From NCBI GenBank assembly GCA_035084275.1, contig CM068745.1, positions 11,408,001-11,472,000 on the forward strand: a DNA stretch of 64,000 bases, in the 5' to 3' direction. This stretch comes from Hydrolagus colliei (lineage: Eukaryota). The notes beneath the pieces are model-generated. The model saw only the letters and a program-made list of their open reading frames with translations, did not search any database and had not been told where the DNA came from. This document shows positions 25,847 to 38,930 of this stretch, piece by piece; position 1 is the first letter of the stretch; the number at the start of each line of letters is the position of its first letter. The position numbers and the translations under genes are program-made.

Positions 25847-26959
25847 CAGTTTCTAGAATTGTTTTTCTACAACTTTCTATAGTTATAGGATTATTAATAC
25901 TATAACTATAGAAAATTTACAATGTAAGAATTTGCCATGTTCTCTACTCTGCAATAGACGAATGTAAGATTAGATCAGAGTGGAATTCTCCCGCAGGCTG
26001 GGAACAATACAATACTAAATACTTTTGAAAAGTTCCTTTCACATCAGGAGGATATGCCAACACTATCTCGTTTCTTTTTCTTTAGGCTTCAGGCCTATTC
26101 ATTCAGAAAGGCACATCTTCAAATCTTAATTGTCTTCTCAGTTTTCCCACCCTAACCTTCAGCAAAACATTTATAATGTCATACTGAAACACTGGAATTT
26201 CAAACAGAGTAAAATGACAGATGCACTTGCTTTAAATGTATTGAATGACATTTAGATACAAAGATCACAGTCAGGCTCCTAACTTGACGAAAAAATAATT
26301 ATCCCAGATATGAAACTACTTTCAGTCATTTTAACCAGTCCCACCATAAATATAGCACATTATTGACAACTGTAATGAATATTGACCACAATTATGTAGT
26401 CTACTCTGCCCTCTCTGACCCTGTCTGCTATAGTTCCTCACACTAATCGTAGAAGTACTCAGTAAACTCCCTTTACTTGATTATGTCAAAGAGATAGGCT
26501 ACTTACAACGATTAGTGTGAGGAATAGGATGAGTAAATAAGGCTGCAAGAATACAAAGTAACAGGGATCATTATCCCAAATCCATCACAAATACATTTAC
26601 CAGATAGACTTGGCTGTGCATTCATTCTTACCATTGATTCAGGACAGGATTTTAATGCTGTGAACATTATCATCAACTATATAATTGTACATTGATATGA
26701 ATATAGAATCTGAATGAACCAAGCCATTCGCCTGTTTTATGTTCCCCACTTTCAGCCACCCTGTCCCCGCTCTCTGAAATATCTTAGCATTTGAATACGT
26801 AATCCTGACACATGCATATAATGTTTCCTAAATTTATTTTTTCATTTAATATCAGTATGGCAAGACAATTATCTTTCCTGTGCAAACAGCATTCTGAATA
26901 AAATGGCATTTTGAATACCAAATATGTCACTGCTGTTTTTATTGACTAAGAGAATTATA

Positions 26960-27284
26960 AATAATAATAATAATCCTTGCATTTGATATAGCGCTTTTCA
27001 CATCTTATCAACGTCCCAAAGTGCTTCACAGAATGTATCTAAAGTGAATTGACTGTATATTTGTGGGCGAATTGCGGGAGCCAATTACACACAGCAGTGT
27101 CCCACAAACAGTCGTGGATTGAAATGACCAATTTTATTATTGTGTTTTTTTTTTGGACGGATTATTATTAGGCGTGTGGAGTAAGGAAACTTGACCAAGG
27201 TTTCGCCCTGACCTCCCTGGATTCGAGCACAGGTCTCCCCAGCTTGCAAGACAAGTGCTCTAACCACTAAGCCACAGGAGCTCC
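26960..27284 (-). mobile_element. Full-length tRNA-derived SINE
   Basis: Reverse-complement match from ggagctcctgtggcttagtggttagagc to gcaaggattattattatt. Confidence 0.9.
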
Positions 27285-28021
27285 ACAAAGAATGTACAGC
27301 ACGGAAATAGGCCACTTCCCAAACATTCTGTGGTGGTGTTTATTCTCCCCATGAGTCTATTATTTGAATTAATGTAGGATATAAATGATTGGTTACTTCA
27401 GCTGAGTTTTAAATATGCAGGTTGCTCAGTTGTTAATTAACACTACACAAACCCTAACTGAAGTATAGTTCTTTCTTTTATACAATTTGGGATAAGTGAG
27501 TTAAGGACAAAAACTGGGAAATCATCAGTAGTCACATCGACCAGCATGAGATTTGTTCTTATATTGTAATTTAGATCAGGTCTGCCTTGTGATTACTGTA
27601 GATAAATGGCCCATTATTTACAGGATCTTGATTAAACACTATTAAAATGAACAATCCAGACAGAAATAATTGACTTTAATTTGAACGCTGAAGTAAAAGC
27701 ACCTAAGGACATAATATCATACATATTTGCATACCAATGACAAAGCCATCTGAGTTTAAAGTCATTTCTTTATATGTCTATATATAGTAGATTGAATTCC
27801 ATTGTGTAACACCCAAACAGTGTTAACAAGGTTCATACTCTGACACATATTTCCGAGATCTTTGTACAAAAAGGGGGTCACCGATCTTTAGGGCAGCACC
27901 TTAAAGTGGCCGGTTTACAAATTTAAAATCCTCTACGTCATCACCTCACTATTTTACATGGGCAACATCTGGCTGGACAGATCCTTGAGGAAAATTGGCT
28001 GGTTGGGAATGTCCAAAGAAT

Positions 28022-28234
28022 AGGTTCCATCTGCAAAGCAGTGCACACCAAGAAGACATCTCAATGAAAAGCAGAATAGAACAGAATGACCATTGGCCTT
28101 ACATGCATTAAGTCAATTCTACTTCAAAAGCAGGTCCCATCTACAGAGCAATCCACACCATCAAGAGATCTCAATGGAAAGTAGAACAGCACTGAATGAC
28201 CACTGGCCTTAAGTCAATTCTGCTTCAAAAGCAG
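28022..28234 (+). repeat. Diverged tandem duplication, about 110-bp unit x2
   Basis: aggttccatctgcaaagca...aagtcaattctacttcaaaagc followed by aggtcccatctacagagca...aagtcaattctgcttcaaaagc. Confidence 0.85.
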
Positions 28235-28437
28235 CGTGAAGGTCCTGAAATAATGTTTTACCCAGATCCATAGCAATTAATGAGAATTGCACCTCACTAT
28301 ACTGTTTGGGCTGGAAAAGTCAGACGTGCAGGCAGACTATTATGAAACACCTCTAAAGGTTAATTCACCTAGCACAGTGGATGTGTAGATAATTCATTAT
28401 TCTGACTGAGTCAAATCTCAATAGACTAATAATAGAC

Positions 28438-28964
28438 AACAACAACAACAACAACAAATTACACTTATAGAGTGCCTTTCACGTCGGGAGGACGTCCCAA
28501 GGCGCTGCACAGGAGGCGTGTGACCCGAGCTGGGAGGGGAGTGTTTCGGAAGGGGTGAGACACGAAGTGGAGATCGAAAAATTTGGGGTGGAACAAAAGG
28601 CACGGTCGAAGAGGAAAGTCTTCAAACCGGCCTTGAAAGAGGAAAGGGAAGAAACGAGACGGAGGGATTGGGGGATGGTATTCCATAGGGTGGGAGCGGA
28701 GAAACTGAAGGCCCGGCCTCCGATAGTGGGGCGGTTCGGGCGGGGGGCTTGGAGCAGGCCAAGTCCTGTTGAATGGAGGGTCCGGGTGGGCTTGTAGGGG
28801 GAAAGTAGATTGGTAAAATAGGGCGGGGTAAGGCCGTGTAAGGCCTTGAAGGTGAGGACGAGGATCTTGAACTCGATCCTCTGGAGAATGGGGAGCCAGT
28901 GGAGACGGGCGAGGGTGGGGGTTATATGGTCGCGGAGGCGGGTGCGGGATAATACACGTGGCAT
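28438..28964 (-). mobile_element. Young L2 3' fragment flanked by an 18-bp direct repeat
   Basis: ORF 28479-28964 ([24 protein letters not shown]...LFDRAF). AATAGACTAATAATAGAC at 28420-28437 and 28965-28982. Confidence 0.93.
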
Positions 28965-30469
28965 AATAGACTAATAATAGACTAAATGTCTCAAAACACT
29001 TCACAGAATATACAGTCAATTCACCTTACAGTATATTCTGTGAAGTGTTTTGAGACATTTAGAAGACGTGAAAAGCACTGTATCAAATTTAAGGATTATT
29101 ATTTGTTATTATTAAGTGTTCTATATCCGAGGCCCATAAATTTTGAAATAATTTCAGCTAGCAAGATCATTCTGCCTTACAATTTAACTGCAGAAAACTC
29201 TTCAATTCAGTCTTAATTTGGAAGTAAGTTTTCTGCAGTTACAACAAAGTTTCATTTGGGAATTTAAGAATTTTGCATCATCCAGCACAATTTTAAAATT
29301 GAAGACAATAGGTTTTATGGCTCAACGATTTAAAAAGCTTCTATGTACGAGATTTCACCACTGAACTATCAGAGTGAAGAGAGTGGAAAGGAGGATTCTG
29401 AGAAGCAGCTGTACCATAGGACCAACAAGAATGATCACTAAAGGAGTCAGGCAACACCAATTGATGTTTTCTTTTAAAGAACTCATCAGCTGTAATGGTG
29501 GTCTTGCAAATTTATGAACTTAATACAGTATAGGGGAGCTTTGGTCAGGTGCAGCAGCCAAAACATGCACGTCGAGACAAGGACCAGGGGATGCATAGGG
29601 GATGAACACGCATTTTCATCCCTCTGCATCCACTGGCATAGGGGATCGAGAACTAAGGAGAGAATCATAAAAGGGTGAGAGTCTGGGGTGCTGGTAGCAG
29701 CACTGGCGTTGTCAATGTGGGCACAGGCCTGAGCTGATAAAGTGATTGCTAATTATTGATTAAAAAACAGAAGTAAAAACATTTCAAAATGAAGATTAAA
29801 AAGAGTACTTCAACATTTTACTGTGAACCAGATGTGATGTCACAGATGTATTTCCAAAGATAGTATTTTTTTCCTTAAACTAGCCATACTAAGCATAACA
29901 TCCTCCAAACATCTTGTGCTCCTTTGGCACTGCATTGGATTGTCAGCGTAGACTGTGAGTTCAAAGTCTTGAATCTATATCTTTCTGACTCAGAAGCAAG
30001 ACAGCTTTCAACTAGGCCGACATATTAAATATGACCTTCAATTCTGTCACTGGCACAAAATTATTTTCTTTGTACCAGGGTCAATAATAATTCTATTAGT
30101 TCAGGTTGTGCATTCATCCAATGTTGTTAATATCTATACGTTGCTCATCTGCTGAATAACTAATCCTTCCTCAAATATTTCAGAACAGTTAATGCAAATT
30201 GTGTAAGGAATGAATGTGCGATGAAGGCAGTTTCAGAATGTTAATCCAAAGAGAACTGTCGAAAACAGAATAAATATTATCTGAGAACAGACGAGGAGCA
30301 TTATCTTGGAGAGATATTAAATATCAGTGATAGTTGTTCAGGGTGAAAAATCAAATGTATTTCTGTGGCAGACAGCTTCTAATAAATTACAATTGTCAAA
30401 ACATTCTGACCAAAGTTTATTTCCTTCTTTTCTGTTGGAATCTTAATCTTAAAGGAATTGTCTTTTCTG

Positions 30470-30697
30470 ATGCAATTCCATCCTGAAATCCTTCAACCTC
30501 ACCCCCTCCTTGGCCTCCTTCAAGTCCCACCTCAAGACCCTCCTCTTCAATGGAGGTCACCCCCATTCCTCTCCCTTCCCTCCACCCTCCCCGATCCCGA
30601 CCCCAGCTCGGGTCTGAAATGCTGACTGTCCAGCATCTTGGGACGTCCTCCCGACGTGAAAGGCGCTATACAAATGTAATTTTGGTTGTTGTTGTTG
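30470..30697 (+). mobile_element. Short L2 3' end
   Basis: cttcaagtcccacctcaagaccctcctcttc...gggacgtcctcccgacgtgaaaggcgctatacaaatg...gttgttgttg. Confidence 0.8.
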
Positions 30698-31069
30698 TCC
30701 TGTGGCAGGTACTGCGTATTCTGCTAGATCTCTGAGATTGAAACAAATTTCCTTGTCCTGTACCAATTGGGTTTAAATGAATTGCGCAATGTTGATATAC
30801 ATTTGGCTACAAATGCAGTCTCTACATTTCACCAAAGCTCTTTTAGCAGGTCTCCGAGCTGTAGGCTGCATCAAATACAAAAATGATTATAATCTGCATT
30901 ATTATCAAAATCTGTTGAGAATCTGCCTGAGAATGGCAAAGTGAGGGTGGCAAGGAAAGGGAAAGACCATGGACTATCGTATGATTAGGACCTAAACTAA
31001 AATCATTTATAGGCATCACAGAAGGCAGATTAATCCGCATTTCTTATTCTTCTTGATTTAACCACATCT

Positions 31070-31890
31070 ATGGGTTCCCCCCTAACCACCCTGCTAGATA
31101 CATCCTCAAAACACTCTAAAAGATTAGTTAAGCATGACTTCCCTTTTGTAAAGCCATGCTGACTCTGCCTAATCTGTATCCCATAACGACGTCTTTGATT
31201 AAGGACTCAATAATTTTCCCTACCACTGATGTCAGACTAACTGGTCTATAGTTCTCCATGTTTTCTCTCTCACCCTTCTTGAATAGTGGAGCTATGTTTG
31301 CAATCTTCCAATCAATGGGAACTTTTCCAGTATCCAGAGAATTTTGGAAGATTATAGACAAGCCATCCACTATCTCAGTAACCACCTCCTTTAAAACTCT
31401 AGGATGCAGGCCATCAAGTCCAGGAGATTTATCGGTTTTAAGACCTGACAATTTATCTAAAACCATTTCTTTACTAATATTAATCTCCCTAAATTGCTCA
31501 CTAACATTGTCTTCTTGGTTCCCCTCTATTCTTGGTAAGTTTTTACTATCTTCTATGATGAAGACAGTAGCAAAGTACTTGTTTAACGACTCTGCCATGT
31601 CTTTGTCTCTATTATAATTCCCCCTGTCTCTGCATGTAACAGACCCACATTCACCCTTAACAGCCTTTTCCTCTTTATATATTTGTAGGAACTCTTGTAG
31701 TTCCTCGCTAGTTTGCCCTCATATTCTATTTTCTCCCTCTTGATCAATTTTTTGGTTCTCCTTTGTTGATCCCTAAAGCTCTCCCAATCCTTGGTTTTAC
31801 TACTCACCTTAGCTGTTTTATAGGCTACTTCTTTTAACTTTATACTTTCCCTAACTGCTTTAGTTAGCCATGGTTGGACCATCTTTCACC
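31070..31890 (-). mobile_element. CR1 LINE ORF2 internal fragment
   Basis: PWLTKAVRESIKLKE...; MAESLNKYFATVF...KSPGLDGLHPRVLKE...GKVPIDWKIANIAPLFKKG...NYRPVSLTSVVGKIIES. Confidence 0.92.
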
Positions 31891-32806
31891 CTTATTCAAC
31901 ACAGTCTCCAATCTCTCTCTTTGTTGCAGGGTTAGAATCGTAATTAGTTTATCCAATTTCTGATCAATGGAGGAGGGCTTAGGGGTACTATACAATGGTG
32001 GATCGGGTTGACCAGATTCCAGTTGGGTTCCTTGTTGACGCACTATCGCCTCTCGCAAGGCTCCCTTTGCGTCTTCCAACTGCTTCCTCAGTTGGGCATT
32101 TCCTCCTGACAATTTTTCCACTAATTATCTCTATTTTTCGCTGCTTATCCTTTCTGCAGTTGTTATATCCTACTGTTCCTTTTCAATAGAAGAGATCTGA
32201 CTTTGAAAAACTTTTAACTCTTCTCACGGCTTCCGACCTCTGAATTAATTTGTCCTATCACGTCTTTTAGATCCACACCAGAACTTTTCTTTTCCTGTCT
32301 ACAATATTTTTTCATTTGCCCCTTTTTACCACAATTTTTACAAGTCCATCAAAAGCTATCCAAGTATTTTTGTATGGTTTCCAGTTCGACATCCCAAAGT
32401 ATCCAGATATTATTGTGTCGTTTCCAGTTCGATATCTAAGTGCCATTGTACGTCTAGAGTTGCTCCACTCATAGTCTTGATCTTCTCTTTCTTCTGAAGT
32501 TGGAATATGGATTCGCGACTTCAAGTTCCAATTGCTCCTTTCTCCATCTTCTTCCTCAAAACGATCTCCCTTTATCCAGTTCATTAGGTGAAATTTCACC
32601 CATTGTCCTTTATAAAATGGTTCCTGTGCAAAATCAAATGCAACACAGCTCCCTCTCCAGCTGCAGACCATTTCCCCATGAGAAAATTACTGATAAGGAT
32701 TGGAAACACTGAGTTGTTTATAAACAGTCTTTTGTTTCTTCTGGAAAGCTAGTTGCAACCAAGTCCCATCATGTACAATTGATTACATATGTCTCAAATA
32801 TATGTA
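31890..32806 (-). repeat. Unidentified interspersed repeat, copy 2, extending into a decayed coiled-coil-like ORF
   Basis: Homology to 2415-2856, followed by EKLSGGNAQLRKQLEDAKGALREAIVRQQ...PPLY...IDQKLDKLITIL. Confidence 0.7.
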
Positions 32807-33499
32807 TATTGCAAATATAATTTGAGATATTATTTAACACATTAATTACATAATCCTACAGGTTCACAGGATTTTTATTGTAAAATATAGTGACTGTGTA
32901 TTCAATAATAATAATCCTTGTATTTGATATACTGTATCACCTTATTCCAGTGTTGAGATGTCTCAAAGCACTTCTTTAGAATTCTGTATATTGTAAAGTG
33001 TGTTTTGTGGGTGAAATTTCTATCTATAGGTAAATGGCAGCTTTTGGAAATCAGCAATCCCAAACAGCCATACCACAAAATTCTATTTGTCTAGTGCCAT
33101 TCATGTCAGGATGATGTCCCAAGCCCATACATTTTAATATTTATGGATCCTCCCCATCGTTTTCACAGAATTATTTCAAATGCATCAGAAATGAGAAACA
33201 AATCACATTTGACCCATAAATGTCAGCAGATGTATATCCTCAGAGATCCAATTATACTAAAATGACTCTAGGCTTTGGGCACGAGTAATGAATAATTACT
33301 AAATGATACCATACTTTTCAGAATGTGAGGTTACAAGATTTATTTTACAGAAAATTTATGTGGAATTGTGGTACCACAAAGCACTATTGAAGCTGGGTCC
33401 ATTCTAAAGAAAGTTTCAAAATGTTTCACAGGATACACTGTAAAATGAAGTGACTGCGTATGTTTAAAAGGGAGTTAGGGAATAAATACTTGAAGGTTA

Positions 33500-34420
33500 C
33501 AGGGAAAAAGATCGGTATTGGGTGCGAGGCTGGGAAGCAACAACTCTTTCAAGGACCTTGGAGAGAGAAGGGAGGTTGTCAATACGCTGGTAGTTGGAGA
33601 GCTTTGATGCGTCAAGGGAAGGTTTCTTCAGGGTGGGGTGATAGTGGCTGTTTTGAGTGGGGTGAGAACAGTGCCGGATGATAAGGAGCGATTGATGGTG
33701 TTGGCGTGTAGTGGGGCAAGGATGTGGAGCTGAGAGGTAAAGAGAAGTGTGGGGATGGGGTCCAGGGAGCAGGTGGTGAGCTTCATGGTGCATATAATGG
33801 TGATGACAGAGGAGGGAGTGATAGGTTTGAAGGCATGGAAGGAGGGATGGGTAGGAGTCAGAGTGTGGGAGGGAGGTGGGGAAAGGGTAGAAGTTGGAAG
33901 GGTGGTGACAGCTGAGCAGATTCCTGTGCTTTTGGACTCGAGGAAATCCAGTGTCTCCTCATAGTTGGAATCAGAGGAAAGAATTGAGAAGGATTGTGGA
34001 GAGATCTTCTTCCATGTGCAGTAGATGATGGTGGTAGGTTACAGAGGGAGAGGGCATTTTGAAGACCAATGTGAAGGGAACAGTCAGCAGGGGAATGTGT
34101 GGGAAGGGAGGGAGTGGTGGATTGGTTGGCAAGGAGGGTGGGGATGCAGATGAGGGAGGAGAAGTTAGCCCCTGGTGTCTGAGTCCAGGGTGGCTTGCAG
34201 TGGTAGTGGGGAGTGGGGCAGTCAGTGTGACTACTGCTGGGCAGTCAACGCCGGGTGTCATGATTGGCCAAGCAGAGGATTCCCAGGCTGGAGCAGAGGG
34301 AGGCTGTGGGTGGTTGAGTGGGGATAGGAAGCGGAGAGGGCAGAGAGAGAGAGCAGGACAAATTGGAAGAGTTTCAGGGAGGGGGTCCTTTAGAGGGAGG
34401 GCCAGCTTGAGTCAAAAACC
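33500..34420 (-). mobile_element. Degraded L2 internal fragment
   Basis: PTLKKPSLDASKLSNYQRIDNLPSLSKVLERVVASQ (33497-33793), with C-rich minus-strand composition typical of the L2 copies here. Confidence 0.75.
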
Positions 34421-35499
34421 TTGTCATCACTTTCAATTCCTTCCCTAGCCTTGCCTTGCATCTGCAATTTACTGCAATCCTACAACCTGGCCTCTCCCTT
34501 AGCTCAATAAACGATGGGCTGCTTCATATCCTCCTCCCAATTCACTTCACCACAAGTGGACAAGCTTTCAGCCACTACACTCTGCAACTCCACCTGCCTC
34601 GCTCTCTCACCCTCTACTTTTACATCCCATCTTATACTTACTTCTTTGACCGCAGTTTGGTCATCTTACCCTCTCCCCACAATCCTCAGCTCTCCCTTCC
34701 CCAGCTCAGGCACCAGCCACTTGAATGAAACACTTTGAGACATTTTCCAGATGTGGAAAGCGCTAGGCAGATGTAAATTCTTGCTTATATCTTTAGCATT
34801 ACTCAAGCCCTAAATTACAGTAATTGAAATTCCCTGTTCCGATCTGTAAATCACAGCGCTTTGGGATGTCATCGTGACCTGGAAGGCGCTATACAAATGT
34901 ATTTCTGTTGTTGTAACGGTTTGGAGTTTTCACCTTCATTTGTGAGCAATTCTACAGTTTCTTTTCTCTAGCGAGTTTAAGGTTATAAATAGCTAAAACA
35001 GTGTGTGTTTTTCCTTCAGTGAGGAATAAAACTGAATTTTAGAAAAGCCCTGTGGCAAGGACAGGGTACAAAATCTCCACCTAATGTTTTTATACTTTAC
35101 AGAAAAATTACACAGGGTTTTGATGAAGAAGGCTCTTTGAAACATTTAATCATATCTTCCTAGAATATTAAACGTAATGGCTTCCTAATGAGTCCAGTGT
35201 TGTGACTTCAAACACTCTTCCAATACCTCGTTCCAACCATTAAATGCTCTCTGTATAAAGAGAAACTTTCTAATGTCTAACCTAAAACTGCATGCCACAA
35301 GCCCCTGCTTTAGTGTGCTGATAACATTGTTTTAGTTTTATCCCTTTAAACATCCTATAATAAAGTAGCATTCACATGTGTAACTCTCAGTCTGTTTGGG
35401 ATACTAAAACATGGGGATGGGTCAAACTCCTGACTGATCAAAATAAATCTTATGAGAATCAAATACTTGCCTAATACCGATAACATTTAAACATCTTAA

Positions 35500-36145
35500 C
35501 AACAATAAAATTCCATTTGTATATTGTCTTTCACATCAGGAGGACATCCCACAGCACTGGACAGTCAATGTTTCAGACCTGAGCTGGGGTCGGGGACGGA
35601 GAGGATGGAGGGAAAGGAGGGGATTTGGGGTGACTGATGGGGCCATCGAAGAGAAGGGTCTTGAGGTGGGACTTAAAGGAGGCTAGGGAGGGGGCAAGGC
35701 GGAGGGACTGCGGGATAGAATTCCAGAGCTTAGGGACAGACGGGCTGAAGGCTCGTACCCCGATGGTGGGATGGGTGGGTCGGGAGACATGGAGCAGGCC
35801 AGATCCGCTGAGCGGAGGGAGTAGGCAGGTTGGCAGGTGGTTAGGAGTTGCAAAGGTAGGGTGGGTCGAGGCTGTGGACCAGGATATGAGGACCAGGATA
35901 TTGAATTTAATCCTCTGAGTGATCGGGTGCCAATGGAGTTGGGCGAGAATGGGGGAGAATGGGTCACAGAGTTTGGAGCAGTAAAGGATGTGGGCTGCAG
36001 AGTTCTGGATGATCTGCAGCCTATGGAGGGAGGAATTGGGAAAGCCGACAAGCAGGGCATTGGTGTAGTCGAGTCTGGATGTGATGAAGGCATGAATGAG
36101 AGTTTCAGTGGTCTGAGGAGTGAGGCTGTGGCGGTAGGCAATATA
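35500..36145 (-). mobile_element. L2 3' fragment
   Basis: The reverse complement matches the L2 C-terminal coding region and tail of the other copies. Confidence 0.85.
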
Positions 36146-38225
36146 AGTACATTCTCTGAAAGGAGCGATCCTTCCCCTCTCTTTTATTGTTTGGGTTTGT
36201 ATCCAGCCAGAGCGGTCTCACAAATTACAACAAAACACTTGGCGTTTAGTAAAATACTCTTCATTTATAGATGTACAATATATATTCCCGCATTCGGAGC
36301 ATTTGTTGCAACCTTCGAATACATTGATAATATTATATAAAAATAACTTTAACAAGGCATCATATCACCTAAGATATCTAACCACTGAGCCGCAACACTT
36401 GGACTACTAGGGGTGAACAAATAGAGTAAACTTACCCCAAATTCACATCTCCTCAAAGTTCCTGAGATTGAGTTTTATAATTAGTCCTGATAAGAATAAA
36501 GTGTAAGTTAAAACTCCAAACCTCAACAATCCCGGTATAACTCTACTCTCTCATTTTTATACCGCTAATGTCCCATGTGACTATTTTATCAATTCTTCAC
36601 ACTTTGACAGTTTGGAAACATAAAACTCCCCATCTTCACTATTGTTCAGATCAGAAGACTCCAATAGGACCATAAAATCCATTAATTCCCAGAATTTTAT
36701 ATGAAAACTATAAACAAAAGCACTGTTGGTTCAAAGTCCAAATGCTTCAACCCACAACCTTCTGATTCAGACTTGAGAATACCACCATCTGAGCCAGACT
36801 GACATCCTAAACATTACATAACATGTGGATTTGTGTCCAAATTAATTGTAAAATATAGATATACTGCATGTTGTATGCTCAGAGAGAGACACTATGCAAC
36901 TATTGCCTCTAATTGAATACTATAAAATAAAAAATGAACAGAAAGATTACATAAGTGACCAAGAGTTTATGGCACCAGCCAAGTAAATCAAGTTTGTTGG
37001 CCGGCCAAAAAGATTGGCCACCATTTCCCTAATGCATTATGAATCAATTGTCTGCCCCAAAGCCTGTGTTTGTTTACCATGTTCTTGGATGAACAATTGT
37101 TTAAAGAGTGAAATGCTTCAAGTCGACTGGTTGAGAGTGGGTGCCATCCATTTGGTATCTTGGAAGAAAAGAGTGGTGACGGACACAGCCTTTGGCAGCA
37201 AAAACACAAGTTGCTTGCATGTAGCAGCGCATGTCAGGGGACAAATTTACAAAGAGTGACGCCAGGCAGAGCAGTCTGTCTGTATAAACCTCCCCAGGTG
37301 AGGAAAGTCTCTGTTATCTCGTTAAGTGCAAATTCAAAAAATATTCTGACATTAAAAACCTTTCAAGTGTCCTGTCTCAAAAGATAGTCAAATAATAGCC
37401 GTTATGCAAATCATTTTAAGTTGTGAAACACGAGAGGTACTTTTGGAACCTGCGGCAAGGGAAGGAGAGGAAGACATGATAATCTTTAACCAACCCAGGG
37501 TGTTACCATAGTGATACACACTAGCGCAGTAAATTCAAAGAGGAAGCAGGAAAAGATGACACGGTGCTTTGAAGAAGTTTGTTTGCAATATGCATAGAAG
37601 CTCCCTGAGGCAGTTATAAAAAATATCTCTTGAGCATTGTGTGGATTATATTCTGTACTTTTCCAAAACTACATTAGTGCCCACATGTCTGCTTTGCAGA
37701 GTGGGCTTCAGTGAAGTGGAATGAAAGTTTAAATCAATGATAAGCCTTTTTAAGATTATACTTCATTAAAGACACGAAAGGGAGTTTCTCCTGGTGTCCA
37801 GGCCTCAAGTAAAATTTCTCATTCTCTTTATGGCCATTGTGCAACACTGCTGTGTGTAAATTTGCTGCCGCATTCATCTAAAAGAATACAGTCATTACAC
37901 TTCACAGCATTTCCTCTGAAGTGCTTTGAGGTGTCCCCCTGCCATGAAATGCACTGTATCAAATGCAAGAATATTTTTCCTTAAAAGTGATATGTAAAAT
38001 AAGATACATCAATGTGAGAGATAAATAGTCATCTTAAAAAGAAAGTGAGAAATAACTTAATTTCTAAGATGAAACGAAGATATTTGATTAGATTAACTGC
38101 GAGTTTACCTAACACCTCTACTTTCTATTTAAAAGGGAGTGTTAATATGAAAAATTATGTTTTGATTCTAGGCCATACTGTACAAAATATCTTCTTTGTG
38201 GAAAACGCGGAATTGGCTGGTGAAT

Positions 38226-38930
38226 TAGGGTGAGGTTCGAGAGTGGGAGGCAGTTCGGGAGGTGAGGAGGGCAAGGGTATCGAGTGTTGTGGAGAGGATG
38301 TTGTGGAGGAGAGTGAATGCGGAGGATTGGTCTGTGCAGGAGGTGGGCCAGAGGGGGAGGAGTTCAGAGGACCCCAAGGAAGTGGAGAGGGTTTGTGGGG
38401 AGATCTTCTTCCAAGGGCGGTAGAAGATGGTGGTAGGATTGGAGGCAGTGGGGAGCGGGATAGAGGAGTTGAAAGAGATGAAATGGTGTTCAGAGATGGC
38501 CTTGTCAGTGATGGTGACATCCGAGACACTGAGGCCCCGGGTGATCACCAGGTCAAGCGGGTGGCCGTGAACGTGGGTGGCGGAGTGGATGTGGAGGGAG
38601 AGTTGGAGAGAAGAGAGAGGAGACGTCTGAAGAGATGGAGCAGGAAGAGGTGAAATGGAAGTTAAAATCGCCGAGGATGATGAGGCGATTGGAGCAGAGG
38701 CAGAGGGAAGCTAGGAGGGTGGAGATGTCGGAGATGAAGTTGGGAGAGAATTTTGAGGGTTGGTAAAAAAGGAGAATTTTGAGGGAGAGATGGGAGGGGT
38801 GGTTGAGGGTGAGGTGTTCAAACAAGGGGAAAGAACCAGAGGAGTAGGGGGATAGGGTAAGTGACACCCTGGAGATGAGAGCCATACCACTGCTACAGCA
38901 GTTGGGGCGTGGGGCGTGGTGAGAGATATA
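38226..38930 (-). mobile_element. L2 apurinic-type endonuclease region fragment
   Basis: RLIILGDFNFH (38553-38885) and ITRGLSVSDVTITDKAISEHHFISF (38225-38548) are degenerate GDFN and SDH motifs. Confidence 0.85.

Noticed and set aside
28022-28234. CRISPR-like or coding repeat array
   Set aside because: Only two contiguous units with no spacers, stop codons in frame, and a eukaryotic context.
35115-35150. Hammerhead-ribozyme-like tgatgaag...gaaac
   Set aside because: The CTGATGA core is incomplete and no convincing flanking stems are present.
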